Positions 37,250 through 49,620 of a DNA stretch of 64,000 bases are shown here, piece after piece. The DNA lies in assembly GCF_018977255.1 (NCBI RefSeq), contig NW_024704742.1, forward strand, positions 85,686,001 to 85,750,000. The letters are read 5' to 3'. Made by a program: the position numbers and the translations under genes. The notes under the pieces were generated by a model. The model saw only the letters and a program-made list of their open reading frames with translations. It ran no database searches and was not told the DNA's origin. Source of the DNA: Callorhinchus milii. Taxonomy: Eukaryota. Numbering within the stretch: position 1 is the first letter of the stretch; each line of letters opens with the position of its first letter.

Positions 37250-37752
37250 TAGAGAGAACCCGGGTTCGATTCCCGGGCAGGGTGGAACCTCAGGCAAGTT
37301 TCCTTACTTCGCACACCTCTGTTTACCCAGCAGTAAGCAGGAACATGGTTGTTGGTCGATTCGCCGATTGCTTTCTAGGGGAAATAACCCTTTCAAAATA
37401 AAAAAAAGTAACAATTTGGTCCCTCAATCCATGACTGTTTGTAGGACACTGCTGTGAGCAATTGGTTGCCCCGTTTCACCCACAAAATAGTCAATTCACT
37501 TTACAGTATACAAAACACAAAATACTGCAGATGCTGGAAATCTGAAAACAAAAACAGAAGTCGCTGGGAACACTATGGAGCATCTATGGAGAAAGGAAAG
37601 TGAGTCAATGTTTTGGGTCCACGACCCTTTGTCAGAACTGGTTGAGTGTTCCCAGCGACTTCTGTTTTTGTTTTCACTTTACAGTATGTTCTGTGAAGTG
37701 CTTTGAGACTTCTCAATGATGTGAAGTGCTTTATCTAATACAAGTATTATTT
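37250..37752 (+). mobile_element. tRNA-derived SINE, long subfamily, interrupted by a Penelope-like insert
   Basis: B box ggttcgattcccggg, body, and tail resuming after 37687. Confidence 0.85.
37510..37672 (-). mobile_element. Penelope-like mini-element with internal inverted repeat, hammerhead-like motif and TSD
   Basis: 30-bp perfect inverted repeat 37545-37574 / 37645-37674; TTCACTTTACAGTAT duplicated at 37495-37509 and 37673-37687. Confidence 0.7.
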
Positions 37753-38229
37753 GTGGCTTTAAGGGGTCATGTAATCCCCTTTCTATTGTCTCCCCTTGTC
37801 TGAAAGTGAAAAATCACACTAGGGGTTTGCGTCAGTGGGTGGTGTGGGTCCGAGAGGACTGTTCTCCATGTGTGAGCTAAGTGGATGATGTTCAGCAGAC
37901 AGTGTGAACGGGGGACAGAGTGGAATCTCAGCAACAACAACAACTTGCATTTATACAGGGCCCCCTCATGCAGGCTAGGGTCCCAGAGAGCTTGAATCTC
38001 AGCCAAACACAAAGCAGCTAACACGTGTGAACTTTCCAACAACGGTGTAAAGTGCAAACTCTGTTTGAGTTTCTCCTTCCCTAACATTCTGAATAGCTTT
38101 AAACTGTAAATACTGATATCCTTATCAGGGGAACTTCAGTCTGGGTGCCCTTGAGGCAATTAAATTATTAGAGGGTGTAAATTCAGCTCTTTGTTCTCTC
38201 CATTTAACTTAACATGGTTGCTCACTACA

Positions 38230-38984
38230 ACTCATCAAGCCAGTCAGGACCCCAGGTGTCTTGTTCCACCCTCAACTGTCTTTTTTTCCCCACATCCAAG
38301 CCATGACCCGCTCTGCCTCCCCTCATCTCCTTAACATCGCCCGACTCCGCCACTACCTCACCCCTCAAACTGTTGAAACTCTTGTTCATGCCTTCATCAC
38401 CTCCAGGCTCGACTATGCAAACTCCCTGCTTGTCGGCCTTCCCAACTTCTCCCTCCACAGGCTGCAGATAATCCAGAACTGTGCAGCTCGTGTCCACTCC
38501 CGCACCAAACTCCGTGACCCCATCTCCCCCATTCTAGCCCAACTCCATTGGCTCCCTATCCTTCAGAGGATCCAGTTCAAGATCCTGGTCCTCACCCACA
38601 AAGCCCTCCATGGCCTCGCCCCACCCTACTTCTGCGACCTCCTAATCCTCTACCAACCTGTCCACTCCCTCTGCTCAGCCGGCTCTGGCCTGCTCCACAT
38701 CCCCCGACCCACCCGCCCCTCCATTGGCGGGAGAGCCTTCAGCCACTCTGCCCCCAACCTCTGGAATTCCATCCCCCAGTCACTCCACCTCGCCTCCTGC
38801 TTCGCCTCCTTCAAGTCCCGCTTCAAGACCGTCCTCTTCAACCATGCCATCGGCCACCCCTCCCCTACCTTCTCCCCCCCCGACACCAGCTCGGGTCTGA
38901 AATGCTGTACACTGTCCAGCGCCTTGGGACGTCCTCCGGACGTGAAAGGCGCTATACACATGTAATCTTGTTGTTGTTGTTGTT
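38230..38984 (+). mobile_element. L2 type A 3' fragment, low divergence with an open C-terminal ORF2 frame
   Basis: ORF 38261-38965 contains LVHAFITSRLDYANSLL, LHWLPILQRIQFKIL and GGRAFSHSAPNLWNSIP; (TTG)n tail. Confidence 0.93.
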
Positions 38985-39954
38985 AACTCCTCTGTTGAAA
39001 AAAATCAGCTGAAATAGAAACCTTCCCCAAATGCATTCTTTAATTTGAGAGATTTATTTATTTGTTATTGTTATATTGGGATGATTTCAATTGTTTATTA
39101 TTCCTTAACTTTTGTAACTTTTTAATTTTTTCCTCCCAACGTGAAAGACAATTGGTTGTTGACAATTAATTATATTCTAATATAACAGACAAGGGAGGTT
39201 TATCCTGGTCAACAATCCCCCAGATAAAATTGATCATTCACTTTGTCGCTCTTTGAGGGACATTGCTGTGTGCAAATTGCCTGCTGAGTTTACAAAATAC
39301 ACTGTCACTACATTACATCCTCCGGACATGAAATGTGCTGTATCAAATGTAAGGATTAGTGTTATTAATTATTGCAGAATACGTACAATTAGAGTAAATT
39401 GTGAGAAATGCGAAGGGAGCTGCAGAAAGAGAATATGGGATATCCCCCGAGAATCAGACTCCTTTATCTGCAATCCAAGTTCTGGGTAGTCAGAAATTGG
39501 AACTGTGTTGAGTAGTGTTCCAGCAGGTTGGCATGAGATATATCCGGGTATCTGCAGGATTTGCCTCCAGTGAATCCTTTTGCGAATCCAACAAACTGCA
39601 CCCTGTTTCCTATTAATGGATATTAGGAATCATTATCAGGGGGAGATATAGAGGAGGACACAATTGGAGACTAATGTCATCATCACCAATCCCATCCATG
39701 GGAAAGCTCCAGGTTTTGGCTAACATAAGACCACCCAAAGCTCTTTGCAATGTTTAGAAAAGGGTTTACAGTAAGATTACCATAACATCAATCAAATCAG
39801 TGAAAGAGAGACAATTATTGGAAGGAATGATAAACTTTCAAAACCATCAGGACTTTGATCATTATCACCCATGGAATTCATTGGCCATCCATTCATTACT
39901 CTCCGTCCCCCGCTCCCCACCCCCCCCCCCAACCGCTTAATCTCCACTTTCTTC

Positions 39955-40072
39955 TAGACAAAGAGAAATTCCCACAAGAATTCCCATGCCTGGTATTCTC
40001 AGTTTGGTTTGGATACTCTTTAACATGATGATGGGTTTCCGCATGTGTAAGACACCCGGCTAACCAAAAAAC
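39955..40072 (+). mobile_element. Family X 3' end
   Basis: ttctcagtttggtttggatactctt...gggtttccgcatgtgtaagacacccggctaaccaaaaaa. Confidence 0.75.
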
Positions 40073-40699
40073 AGGTCTGTTCTTCCAGACAATTGGGGAT
40101 CAGGAGGGTGGGGAAGGACTCACAGAACATAACCTTATTTCAAAGCTTATTTCTTTTTGCAGAAATAAATTGTTTGCCACATTTGTCCACAAAACGCACA
40201 GTCACTGCACTTTACAGTAAATCCTGAGGTGTCTTCCTAACGTAAAATGAGCTGTACCAAATGTAGGGATTATTATTATTTTTACAAATAAAAACTGTGT
40301 CTGTGTTTCACAATCAGGCGCTGATGAAGCTTGAGGGACGTTTTCTGTATCCAGTGACAATCTAAAGGCTTCCCTAGCCTGGTGCTGTACAGGTTTGCTG
40401 GATTACTAGGATCATCTCACCTCGGACCTCGTGCAAGGTTTGTTTCAATGTTCTGTGATTTTCTACTGACTGACTCCTTTATTGCATTCAGCTTTGTAAC
40501 GCAGCAGCGAGTGGTGCTTTTTAGTGTGTGGAAAGGGGAAGGTGACAAAGAGACTGATTGGCTGCAACTCATACACAGAACTATAGAAATTTACAGCACA
40601 CTTGGAGGCTATTTGGCCCATTGTGTCTCTGCTGGCACTCTAAAAGCATTATCCATTTACTCTTATTTTCCCTCCCCATTCCCTTTCAGTTGTTCGTTA

Positions 40700-41075
40700 G
40701 CTGGGTTCAGTTAGTAGCACTCTCTTGACTTTCGGGGTCACAAGGTTGTGGATTCAAGGCGCATGAAGGTCATGGTCTAAGCTGACAATATAGTGCGGGG
40801 CGAACCCTGCACTGTCGGAGGTGCCGCACTTCAGATGAGATGTTAAACTGAGGTCCTGTCTGCCTGTTCAGGTTGCCATTTTAAAGAACCCATGACAGTA
40901 TTCGAAAAGAGCCTGGTCAAGAATCCTCCAAATAAAGCTGGTCATTACAGTTTGTGGGACATTAATGTTTGCAAATTGGCTGCCGTGTTCACCAACAAAA
41001 CACACAGTAACTCTTGTGAAGCGTTTTGAGATGTTTTGACATGATAAGTTGTACTGTCAAATACAAGGATTATTA
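40700..41075 (+). mobile_element. DeuSINE-type SINE, near full length
   Basis: ggtgccgcacttcagatgagatgttaaactgaggtcctgtctgcctgttcagg. Confidence 0.75.
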
Positions 41076-42109
41076 ATATATGGTGTTTACACTGTAATAA
41101 TAATAACAATAATAATAACAATAAGTAGAATACACAAAGTACATTTTGGATCATTTTCTATTTACATACACATTAATGGAAATGTTCATAGCGTGACATT
41201 AATGTAAATTTTTAAATCTTTATTGCCAATTTTTATCTGGGCAGGACACCAGAGAAACTTGCTTTTCTTTTCAAATAGAGCCCATGAAGTTTGACGTCTG
41301 CTTGAAGTGAACAGGCAGACGGGACCTTGGTTTTATGTCTCACCAGAAGGATGGCATCTCTTCCAGCATTACATTGGAATGTCAACCTAAACTGTGAGCT
41401 CAGAGTCCCCATGTGGGGCCTGAACCCACAACAAGTGGTTACGATTCAAAGCCGTGTGATACGTGTCTTACATTGTAGATTCCAATCTCTGTGTTGAAAT
41501 AAGCCTCAATCTTTTTCATACCCTTTGTGAGATTTTTTTTAAAAATGCCCTTTTATATTGTGGTAATGGCTTGCAGCATGATTTTATTGCTCTAACCATA
41601 CATACTGATCCATTGGATTTTACCATGTCACTTTTCAATAGTCGCTAATCTGTTTGCTGTGAGGGAAATAGATGGTCTCAACACATTTAAGTTAATGAGG
41701 CTTGAAAGGTCTGTGGTGAAGAGGACTAGCTGTGATGGCTCACAGACATGAATGACAGCTCTGAACTTGTTGTTTAGGTTTGCAAATTACCTGCAGATCG
41801 AAGCTTGCCGAGCTTTGTATGATGTAATGGCAAGTGAGTCACAGGACCATTGTAAAGGAAGCTATAATAAATAATCCTTGCATTTGATATAAGCGCCTTA
41901 TAACGTCTTCGGATGTCTCAAAGCCCTTCACAGAACATACAGTTTGTTTTACTTTCCCAAATTTTACTTTCCCATTTCCCAAGTTTTATTCAGCGCCTTG
42001 GGACGTCCTTTTGGCATGAAATATATGCAATATATATATGCAATTTGTTGTTGTTGAAGTTACATTTTGCCATGTAGTGTACTGGAGTCATAAAGTGGGT
42101 TTGGAATTG

Positions 42110-42585
42110 TGTTAGAGAGGGAAAGAGGAGAGAGAACAAATAAGAGATTGTGTGAGAGACATAGAGAGAGTGCATGAGAGAATTTATCATAGAGAGGGAA
42201 TGACAGAGAGTGTGAGGGAGAGTGTATGAGATAGAGCCTATAAGAGAAGGAGTGAATAAGAGCGTGTGTGTGAGAGACAGAGAGAAAGTGCATGAGAGAA
42301 TGTGTGACAGAGAGAGGGAGTGATTAAGAGAGTCTGAGGGAGAGCGAACGAAATACATGCAGTGCATGAGATAGAGCGTATCAGAGAGGGAGTGAATGAG
42401 AGTGTGTGTTTCAAGAGAAAGATAGAATGTATAAGAGAGAAAGTGAATGATAGAATGTGTGATAAAGAGGGAGTGAGTAAGAGAGCGTGTGAGAGAAAGG
42501 GAAGTGAGTGAGCGAGATTGAACAAGAGGGAGAGAGCGTGTGGAAGAGAGTGAGAAAGAGAGAGAAGGGAGGAAGTGAGAGAGCA
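42110..42585. repeat. GA-rich degenerate microsatellite
   Basis: Purine-rich (GA/GAGT) tract. Confidence 0.85.
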
Positions 42586-43544
42586 AATCATGCCAAAATA
42601 TTTAAGGACGAGTCCATCCAAGTTTAGGCTGGCTTTGCTCCAGGCAGTTTGTAACCTTTGGTGCCTAGTTCTATCAACCAAAAGAAAAAGTGCTTTGTGC
42701 ACACAGTTCACTCCTTACTTTTTCTGTGTGTTTTGCTGACATAGACACAAGTAGCTTGAAGGAACTGATATCGGTGATTCCTTGATACGTGCCTGGCCGT
42801 AAATCTGCCCTGTTTAGTTTCATTCGTGCTGCACGTACCCAGATTACTGTTCTCTGAACCATTTGTTCTGCACAACAAATGCCTCACTGAGCAACAGTGC
42901 TCCCTGACCCGTCGCTCTGATGTTAGCAAGTCACAATATGTGGTGATGCTGTGAGCTCCTTCCTTGGATCATCATGCCAAATGCAAATTGTCTACAGTGT
43001 TAATGAAAACTTTCTCCCATCACAGTGTAACCTGACCCGATGCTGTGTGAACAGAACGTGCGATGCATTCACATACCAGAGTGAAAGGCTTGTCCCAGGA
43101 CCTGTTCAAATAAGCTACAATATTTGATGAAGAAAGTAGCTGCCCAGACTTGATATTTCTTCTGTGTGCAGAACAAGATGCAAAATCAACATGTTTTTGT
43201 TCAATAGCGGGGGAATAGGACGGAAGGGTGGACAGATCAGTGGGGACCAGGGATGGGCAAGGGAGGTGGACATGGGGGCTCTCCAGGCAATAGGCCACCA
43301 CGTACTTCCTGCACACAAGACTTTTGGAAGTTTTTGTTTCCTTGGTCGACTGGCACTAAAATAATAGTGTTGGAGACCTGGAGACGTGCCCAAATTTCAA
43401 AACAGGTTTGCTCCTGCGTGTTTTTTTCTTGGTTCCTACTGATGTTATTTACACAGAGTGTTTTATCTGTTCAGCCGGGTGTCAGAAACTCATCACTGTG
43501 CTTAAGAGTATCCAAAACAGACTGAGAGTTGCATATGTTTATGC

Positions 43545-43882
43545 CACACATGGAAATGTCTCTGCATCTGGAATGGAATGTGTTCTCTCTCCCTGGAGTG
43601 ATACACCCTACTTACCTAATTTCAGACAGTATCAGGTGTAGATTTGTGAGGTTTGGAGACTGCAAAGTGTTCAGGACCTTACCCAGCTAAAACGGCATAG
43701 ATTGTCATAGGAAGCACAGTCTGGCAAGCTTCACGCTACTTGTCCGGCTAGGATCACACTACCTGTTAGGGCTTTGGCTTGCAGGGTTAACAAGAGCTGA
43801 GTGGGAAGACTCCCTGCCCCCAATGACTGGTATGTTCAACCCAAGTCTTGCCAATGAGGCAGGCTGGCTGTGCTGTCATTGC
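43545..43882 (-). mobile_element. Family X copy
   Basis: cacactacctgttagggctttggcttgcagggttaac...gctgagtgggaaga...ggctggctgtgctgtca. Confidence 0.7.
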
Positions 43883-45859
43883 ATTCACACATTTACAGAG
43901 TGTTTTTTATATAAAACAAACTGTTGAGATGAAAGGGGATGAAGCTTAACAAAAAGCAGTACTGGACAGAGATGAAAAGAAAAAGCACAATACTGGAAAT
44001 CTGAAGTGGAACTGGAAAATACTGAAAACACACGATTGGTTGGTCAGCGCTTCAGAGTGAAAGATAAGTTTTTACCTCAGTTGAAGCTGATACTCCAAAA
44101 TAGTGCTGGTGGAGTGCTGCATTGTCTTTCTTTAGATGTGACTTAAAATCTTTAAAAAAAGTAAGCCCCATCTGTCTGTTCAGATGGAGGTTAAAGATCT
44201 CATGGCACTATTCAAAAAGAGATGGGAGTTTCTCTTCAGGTGACCAGGTGTCCTGGCCAACAATCCTCCACGTAAAATTTATCATTCATTCCATAGCAGT
44301 TTGTGGGATATTGCTGTCCACAAAAAAATTGCTGCCACATTTGCCTACCGTGGACGTTTCAGTAAATCCTGTGAAGAGCTTGGAAATGTCCTCCCAGTGT
44401 TAGGAGTCAGGCTCCACCACCGTTAAGCGCTCTGAGATGCTACCCTGCATGGAGGATTCTATATGAGTGCAAATTGTTGTTGTTGGTAAAGTTGCTATAT
44501 TAAAATTATTATTAGAAGTTCACAGGGTTGACCTGGATCAGAAACACTTACTTGCAGCTACCCTACAGGAAGCTTCTTTGAAACACAGGGGCTCATGTTT
44601 TATGGGCCCCAACAGCCACGGTGTAATGGGGTTGTCCTGTGTTATAAGCAACACAATAACAGCAACAACAACTTGGATTTATATAGCGCCCTTCACGGCG
44701 GACGGCGTCTCAGAGCGCTTAGTTACTTTGTGGAGCACAGTAACTCTGTGGAGCTGTGTGTGTGTGTCTGGATTTCCCCAGATATCAGATGATGGCACAT
44801 TGCAGTCACTGGAATGAGGCCTGTGTTGAGAAGCCTTTCTGGCAACCTGGTGGGGCAACAGACTTGAGAGGAGATTGTTGCTATTGGTAACCGTGTGGGC
44901 TGTTATAGATATCACAAGATTAGGCGACCAGCTGCCAAAATGATACAGGCTTTAATCCACAGTCTGTGTAAATAAAGAGGAGGCATGTGTGATGAGTGCA
45001 TTAGTGCAGAGGGTGATTGTAGTGAGGGTCAAGCAGCCATTAACCTCCCGATCATATTAATGGGGCTCGTAGCTTTCACAATGCTGTCTTTATCTCGTAA
45101 GATTAACCACGAGTAAGGCGAGTAAGGAAGGGTTGGAATATGTGAGAAGCATCAGCTCAGACATGGTGAGAGAAAGAGCAAGGGGATGGAGGTAGAGTAG
45201 GTAGCTCAAGTGGGGGAGTGAGCACCAGCTCAGACACAGTGAGAGAAAGAGCAGGGGGATAGAATTAGAGTCAATAGTTCCAGTGGGGGAGTTTGAGGTG
45301 ATTGTGTGAGATGTGGCAATGATTATATGTGCCTGCCCAGTGCAGGAATGTGGCCTGGGAGCACCAACACTGGAAGATGTGTGTACAAGTCATAGTCTGG
45401 ACCAACAGTTGAATGTGGTGGGGGAGGGAGAGACAGAGAGGGGGAGTGCTCTGGATAGAGGATGAAGAGTTCACTATTGAATTTCTCAAGTCCCCCTGTT
45501 AGAGAATTAAGCAGCGAGCAGCATTGATGGCACCAGGGAAGGTGCTGTGATCCTGACTACCTGTCCTTCCAAGAAAGTGTGAATAAGTGTGAGAGATGCT
45601 ATATGGAAGCACTCATGTTGTCAGCTACAGTAAAAGTTATGCCATTGTCTGTCTGTTTACAAAGTAGACCTTTTGCCGGCTCAGCGTGCTGGAATGTAGA
45701 TTGTTTTTGATCTGATGGGTTTCCGACATTTGACACCTGACTGACCAAATCCAATCCAATATTTCAGGCTTGAGTGAAGGCTGTCTTCAGTTGCAGTCTG
45801 AGGAATCGGCGTTTTTTTATTTCTGCACTAGTTGCTGGGATGAACAGCTGAACAATGAC

Positions 45860-46300
45860 AAATTACATTTCGATAGCAACTTTCAGGTGAAGTGCTTAAT
45901 GGGAGACTGAGCTGTGTGTGCGCAGAGGGGGTGAGGATGGAAGGGTATTGTGGGGACGAGACCAAAGCACAGTCGAAGAGATAGGTTTCAAGGCAGGATT
46001 TAAAGTTGGGGAGGGAGGAGGCCAGGTGGAGGGGCTGGGGGCAGAATGAATGAAGGCACACCCACTACCAGTCGGGCAGATCAGGTGGGGGACATGAAAC
46101 ATGTTGGTGTTCGCTGTTCGGAGGGAGCGGCTGGGTCGGGAGGTTTAAAGAGGTAAGGCCAGACTGTGGAGGGATTTAAAGGTGAGAACGAGGACCTTGA
46201 ATTTGAACCGCTGAGGGATGGGGAGTCGATGGAGCCGAATGAGGTTGGGAGTGTTAGACTCGCAGAGCATGGTGTGGGAGAGGACACAGGCTTTCAGAGT
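45860..46300 (-). mobile_element. L2 LINE 3' fragment, diverged
   Basis: LHRLPIPQRFKFKVLVLTFKSLHSLA in ORF 46145-46378. Confidence 0.8.
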
Positions 46301-47080
46301 AAGATACTGTAAGGTACTAACACCCTGGTGTGGCTGTGGTGTAAAACAGCATTTGACCGATCGTACATGGCAAGTCACTTAACCTCCCTTGACTGCAGTC
46401 GGTTGCCAGAAGACATCTCCCACCTCACCCCCGCTTATCGATGTGGGAAGATGAAACATCTGGTATCTTTGACTGCCTCCCCACAAGTGAACAAAGAGCA
46501 GCTTCAAAGTATGCCTGGACATCTTAGTCATATCAACCAGAGTAACACATCCCTGCTTGCACTAACATAATGTGGGACTGGTGTGGAGGTTATTTTCTGT
46601 TAGTTTAAGATCTTTCAAAATCAGCAGGAGAGAGACTGGCACCAGATAGTCTCCCACCCTCCCCACTGCATTTCTGAGATTCTATACATTTTGTGACATT
46701 CAGTTGATATGAGCTGGAGCTGCACTGTGCTGCAAGCAACCGTGACTCCTTCAAATGGTATTGGTTCTTGGTATCTGATTTCATTGACATGGTTTATCAC
46801 TCATAATAGACAAAGGTTGAGTTTACAAGCTTAGGCCTTTTTAACATTAGGCAACAGTACAATGTGAAGATTTGCCCGAAGCTTCTATCAAGGACCGGCT
46901 TTGGCTGTGCACCTTTTCTGTCACCAAGGTGACTGAGACGATAATAATAAACAGTGATCCTTGCCTTTAGTGCCTTATTGTGTCATACCGTCTCACAGGA
47001 CTTTTTCCAGAGTTTTTCTGTAAACTGTAGTGACTACACACAGCAATGCTCCATAAAATCTGTCTATTCAGGTGGACGTT

Positions 47081-47396
47081 GTGGAGTCCTGTAGCTCAGT
47101 GGTTAGAGCACTTGCTTTGCAAGCGAGAGACCTGAGTTCAATTCCAGGCAGGGCGAAACCTTGGGCAAGTTTCCTTACTCTACACGCCTGATAATAATTC
47201 CTCCAAAACAAAAACAATAATAAATTGGTCATTTTCAATCCACGACTGTTTGTGGGACATTGCTGTGCGCAATTAGCTGCCGCGTTCGCCCACAAATATA
47301 CAGTCAATTCACTTTACAGTCTATTCTGTGAAGCGCTTTGGGACGTCTAGAAGACGTGAAACACGCTATATCAAATGCAAGGATTATTATTATTAT
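47081..47396 (+). mobile_element. tRNA(Ala)-derived SINE, short subfamily, nested in an older DeuSINE (about 47060-47690)
   Basis: Intact head GTGGAGTCCTGTAGCTCAGTGGTTAGAGC through the ATT tail; Deu motifs on both sides. Confidence 0.9.
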
Positions 47397-47909
47397 CTCT
47401 CATGTCGGGAGGATGTCCCAAAGCGCTTCACAGGATTTTACTGTGAAGTTGAGTGACTGTGTGTTTGTGGGTGACGAGAGTTTCTCCTGCTCTCCTGGCC
47501 AAAAATCTCCAAACAGATAAAATTGGACTTTCAGTTCACGGCTCTTTGTGGGACATTGCAGTGTGTAAATTTGCTGCCTCCGTTGTCTGCAAATACACAG
47601 TCATTACACTTCACAGTAAATCCTATGAAGCGCTTTGAGATGTCTTCCTGACGTGAAACCCGTATATACAATAAAAGGATTATTATTTGTTTGTTAAGCA
47701 GTCTGGAGGCGAATGAATCATACCTGGAGGTTTGATGGCCTGTCAGCTGTGTTTTAGCAATGAAATGCTCAATTAGCGCAAAAACAAAATGCCTGAGCTT
47801 TCGTCTCTTGATCATATCAGGCAAGTACAATTCCACGAGAAAATTCAGATATTAGCTAACATTAGGGAATGTCTGTACAAAAAATGGGAGTCAATATGCC
47901 ACACACACT

Positions 47910-48122
47910 CATGGATTAGGTGATTAATTTTTTTTGAGGGATTATTATTCCTGGAAAGCAATTCCCCAATCGACTAACAACCAGATTCCTACTTACTGCT
48001 AGGTAAACAGATGCGTGTGGAGTAAGGAAACTTGCCTAAGGTTTTGCCCTGCTCGGGAATCAAACCCAGGTCTTCTCGCTTGCAAGGCGAGTGCTCTGAC
48101 CAATATGCAACAGGACTCCACA
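47910..48122 (-). mobile_element. tRNA-SINE 5' part, long subfamily
   Basis: cctacttactgctaggtaaacag...caggactccac. Confidence 0.8.
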
Positions 48123-48199
48123 TAATGTCCTTTGAAAATGGTAACACTACAGCAGTTTGATCACCTGTGGCCCTAAGGATCATTTTGTAAAAAACTGAC

Positions 48200-48495
48200 A
48201 AATAATAATCTTTGTATTGGATATGGAGGTTATAACATCTCTAAGTGTCTGTAAAGTGTATTTGAACACAGCAGCCAATTTGGAACAGAAATACATATCT
48301 CACAGACAGCCATGGAGTGTATGACCAATTTTATCTTGGAGGATTGTTGGCCAGGATACCAGGAGAAACTTCTTTCTCTTTTTGAATAGTGCCATGGGCT
48401 CTTTAACATCCAAGCAGAAGTCTCATCCGAAGGATGGAATTTCCCATAATGTGTTAATGACCCCGAAGCATGAGTGCTGCTAACTGAGCCAGACT
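48200..48495 (-). mobile_element. DeuSINE-type SINE, deleted
   Basis: gttggccaggataccaggagaaac...gaatagtgccatggg...tctcatccgaagg. Confidence 0.7.
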
Positions 48496-48649
48496 GCCAA
48501 CTCAGTGACAAAGAAAAAAATATATCTGGCAGTAAAATACAAGGTGTTTTATCCTTGAATCTCTCAATACGATTGGAAAGATATTGAGGGAAGGGATCCT
48601 GTTTTCTCTGTAGCCTTGTGGTAAATGTTGTCTGTAATGGGTAGATGGC

Positions 48650-48978
48650 TTCTATCTGGACATGCAGTGGGAAAGTTTGCCTGACAGCGATATCAATGGC
48701 AAACCATGCAGTTTTAGCTGGTTAGACTCCAGCAGTTACCCCACCACACACTCTGGAGTCCCCAAGCCTTGGCTCTTGCCAACCTGCGCCTAATACTTTC
48801 CGGAATTAGGAAAGCAGGATGTGTCCCTCCAGGGAGAGAGTGCACATTTCATTCCAACAATCTCTCTCTGGGATTTCCATGTGTAGGTGGGATGCATGGA
48901 AACCTCAGCTTGGTTTGGATATTCTTAAGCATGGTGATGGGTTTTTGCATGTGGCAGACACCTGGCTGACCAAAACAA
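48650..48978 (+). mobile_element. Family X 3' half
   Basis: ccaccacacactctggagtccccaagccttggctcttgccaacctgcgcc...gacacctggctgaccaaaa. Confidence 0.8.
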
Positions 48979-49354
48979 TGTTTTGCCTTTGAGAGGGCTT
49001 TCTTTTCATTGAGTCACACTAAAGTATCTTGGCATGGCAACTTCATTAACATTTCATTTGAATGACCATAAAGCTCTATGTGCATGAGTTGGTACCTGGC
49101 GACACAATCTTACTGATCTTGTTGCTGACTCGAGCTTCTCTTTGGCAGATGGTAAATGTTTGGCAGTGATGCGAATGATACTGCTTTATTACTGGAGTGC
49201 TTTATATAGAGTGAAACTGAGCTTTATCTAAAGAAAGTGAGTCATGGCTGTGTTAGGTCAACTGGCAGCTTCAGAACCTACCGACTCCACACCACTCTGA
49301 GGCTTTCCATGGTTGTCATTGAATGAAGGGATGTGTGTCTGTGCCCAGATTCAC

Positions 49355-49620
49355 AAGTAGAGATGCATAACGTTTTAAAATGGATTGAAAAAGTCAACCC
49401 AGAACAATTTACTTTTGGATGCACTAAGACAGTAGAACAAACAGATGTGGGTTCGGAGGTTTCAAGGGCAATTTCAGGACAGTTTTTCTTTACCCAGAGG
49501 ATAATTAATGACTGAAACAGTTTGCCAGGAATGGTGGTTGAGTCCAGGAAATTGGATGCATTAAAAAGCAGCTTGAAGCTGTGATGGGAGGAGAATAGAG
49601 TGGGTGTTCTGGAGGGAATC
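49355..49620 (+). mobile_element. CR1 3' fragment
   Basis: tttttctttacccagaggataattaatgactgaaacagtttgccagg (FFTQRIINDWNSLP-like). Confidence 0.7.

Noticed and set aside
38261..38965. 234-aa ORF (and similar ORFs at 236, 1723, 8206-9333, 14096, 32860) as host genes
   Set aside because: They are C-terminal L2 ORF2 remnants: 5'-truncated, multi-copy, and ending in the LINE tail.
47081..47160. tRNA-Ala(TGC) gene
   Set aside because: The tRNA-like fold is the SINE head. It continues into SINE body and tail in many copies, and the acceptor and T stems are imperfect.
47785..47825. Possible further hammerhead on the minus strand (GCCTGATATGATCAAGAGACGAAAGCTCAGGC)
   Set aside because: The core reads CUGAUAU rather than CUGAnGA and stem II does not pair; only a 7-bp inverted repeat is certain.
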